Below, in pieces: positions 63,126-64,000 of a DNA stretch of 64,000 bases; position 1 is the first letter of the stretch; the number at the start of each line of letters is the position of its first letter. The DNA lies in contig NC_045697.1 in NCBI RefSeq assembly GCF_009834535.1, positions 46,812,001 through 46,876,000 on the forward strand, read 5' to 3'. The notes under the pieces are model-generated. The model searched no databases. It had not been told where the DNA came from and was given only the letters and a program-made list of their open reading frames with translations. The position numbers were made by a program, and so were the translations under genes. The stretch comes from Camelus ferus. Lineage: Eukaryota.

Positions 63126-64000
63126 AGTGTATATGTCACTTGGAAACATATTTTCTTGATCGACCTGTTTCTTCTAAGAAAAAGGTCAAGGTTTTTCCAA
63201 TATTCCTCTCAAGTCCCATTAACCCTAAGACAATGTTATGTACCTCACTCATAAATTAATTAACAAATATTTATTTAACAAATATCTATTGAATACTTAA
63301 TGCATTTCAGGCCCTATGGTATCTCTCAAGGGAGCTAAGACATGTAGACAATATTTACTATATGGTAATTGCTATGCTCTACAAACTAGATTGATCCATG
63401 GTGTCCCTTGCTCTATAGACCTTTTAATTTTAATTTTCACTCTTAGATGGTGCTAAGGATAACTTACAATGGAAATTTAACAACTATAAAAGAAAACCAA
63501 TATATTTTTTATTGACACCGAGGATGTAAAAGGAACTGAGGAAATAGTTGAAAGGTCTGAAAATGTTTTGTTCCTCTTTATGGATTATGACAAGCTACAG
63601 GAGACTCTTTTGTGATGGACAGAAGATAGATAAACAGAAATGCTTCCCTCTTGAAAGATGTCTGTACAATCTAAAACAATTAATCTTGCCGGAGTCAGTC
63701 AGCTCTAATGGAGCTGCCTGGCACGGGCCATTTATCAAAGCCCACCAATCCATCACACAGGCCCAGACACACCGCTTGACAGGTCTGCCACTCCTGCCAC
63801 ATGCCTAGATGCCTGGGAATCTGTGTAAGGCAGAGCAAGCCCTGGGAAGTTATTTATGTTTGCCTTAAAAGAGGGACTCTAAAGCTATTCATATTCAATG
63901 CTATTGATTCTAATGAAGATGTCAACAGAAAACTACCTCCTCTCCTGACACAAAGCTCATCCATTTTGACAAATAAAAGTCTGACAATGTGTCCTCCTCT

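Noticed and set aside
1..64000. CRISPR arrays, operons, tRNA/rRNA/snRNA genes, processed pseudogenes, intact ERV or non-retroviral viral inserts
   Set aside because: None recognised by eye. The DNA is mammalian and repeat-rich; short ncRNAs cannot be excluded without Infernal/Rfam.

Overview
AT-rich mammalian intronic or intergenic DNA. I recognise no protein-coding gene, RNA gene or CpG island. A large part is decayed interspersed repeat: many MIR and L2 copies, L3/CR1, MER5/hAT DNA transposons, MLT1 and ERVL LTRs, a MER41-like ERV1 solo LTR, and L1 pieces including a ~3 kb dead ORF2. The younger L1 3' ends look cetartiodactyl, and I see no Alu, B1/B2, Bov-A/BovB, PRE1, CHR or CAN SINE, so a camelid-like genome is the best guess (inference). 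Best leads: (1) a candidate 15-nt minus-strand microexon at 52694-52708 flanked by RBFOX/NOVA motifs, and a 39-nt candidate exon at 36998-37036 on the same strand; (2) an L1 3' transduction at 41774-42355; (3) a probable ancient conserved repeat near 6 kb; (4) a CTCF site with upstream module near 39.94 kb; (5) several small recent insertion or duplication scars. I cannot support a novel biological system here. Repeat family names come from recall of consensus sequences, and most repeat boundaries are approximate.
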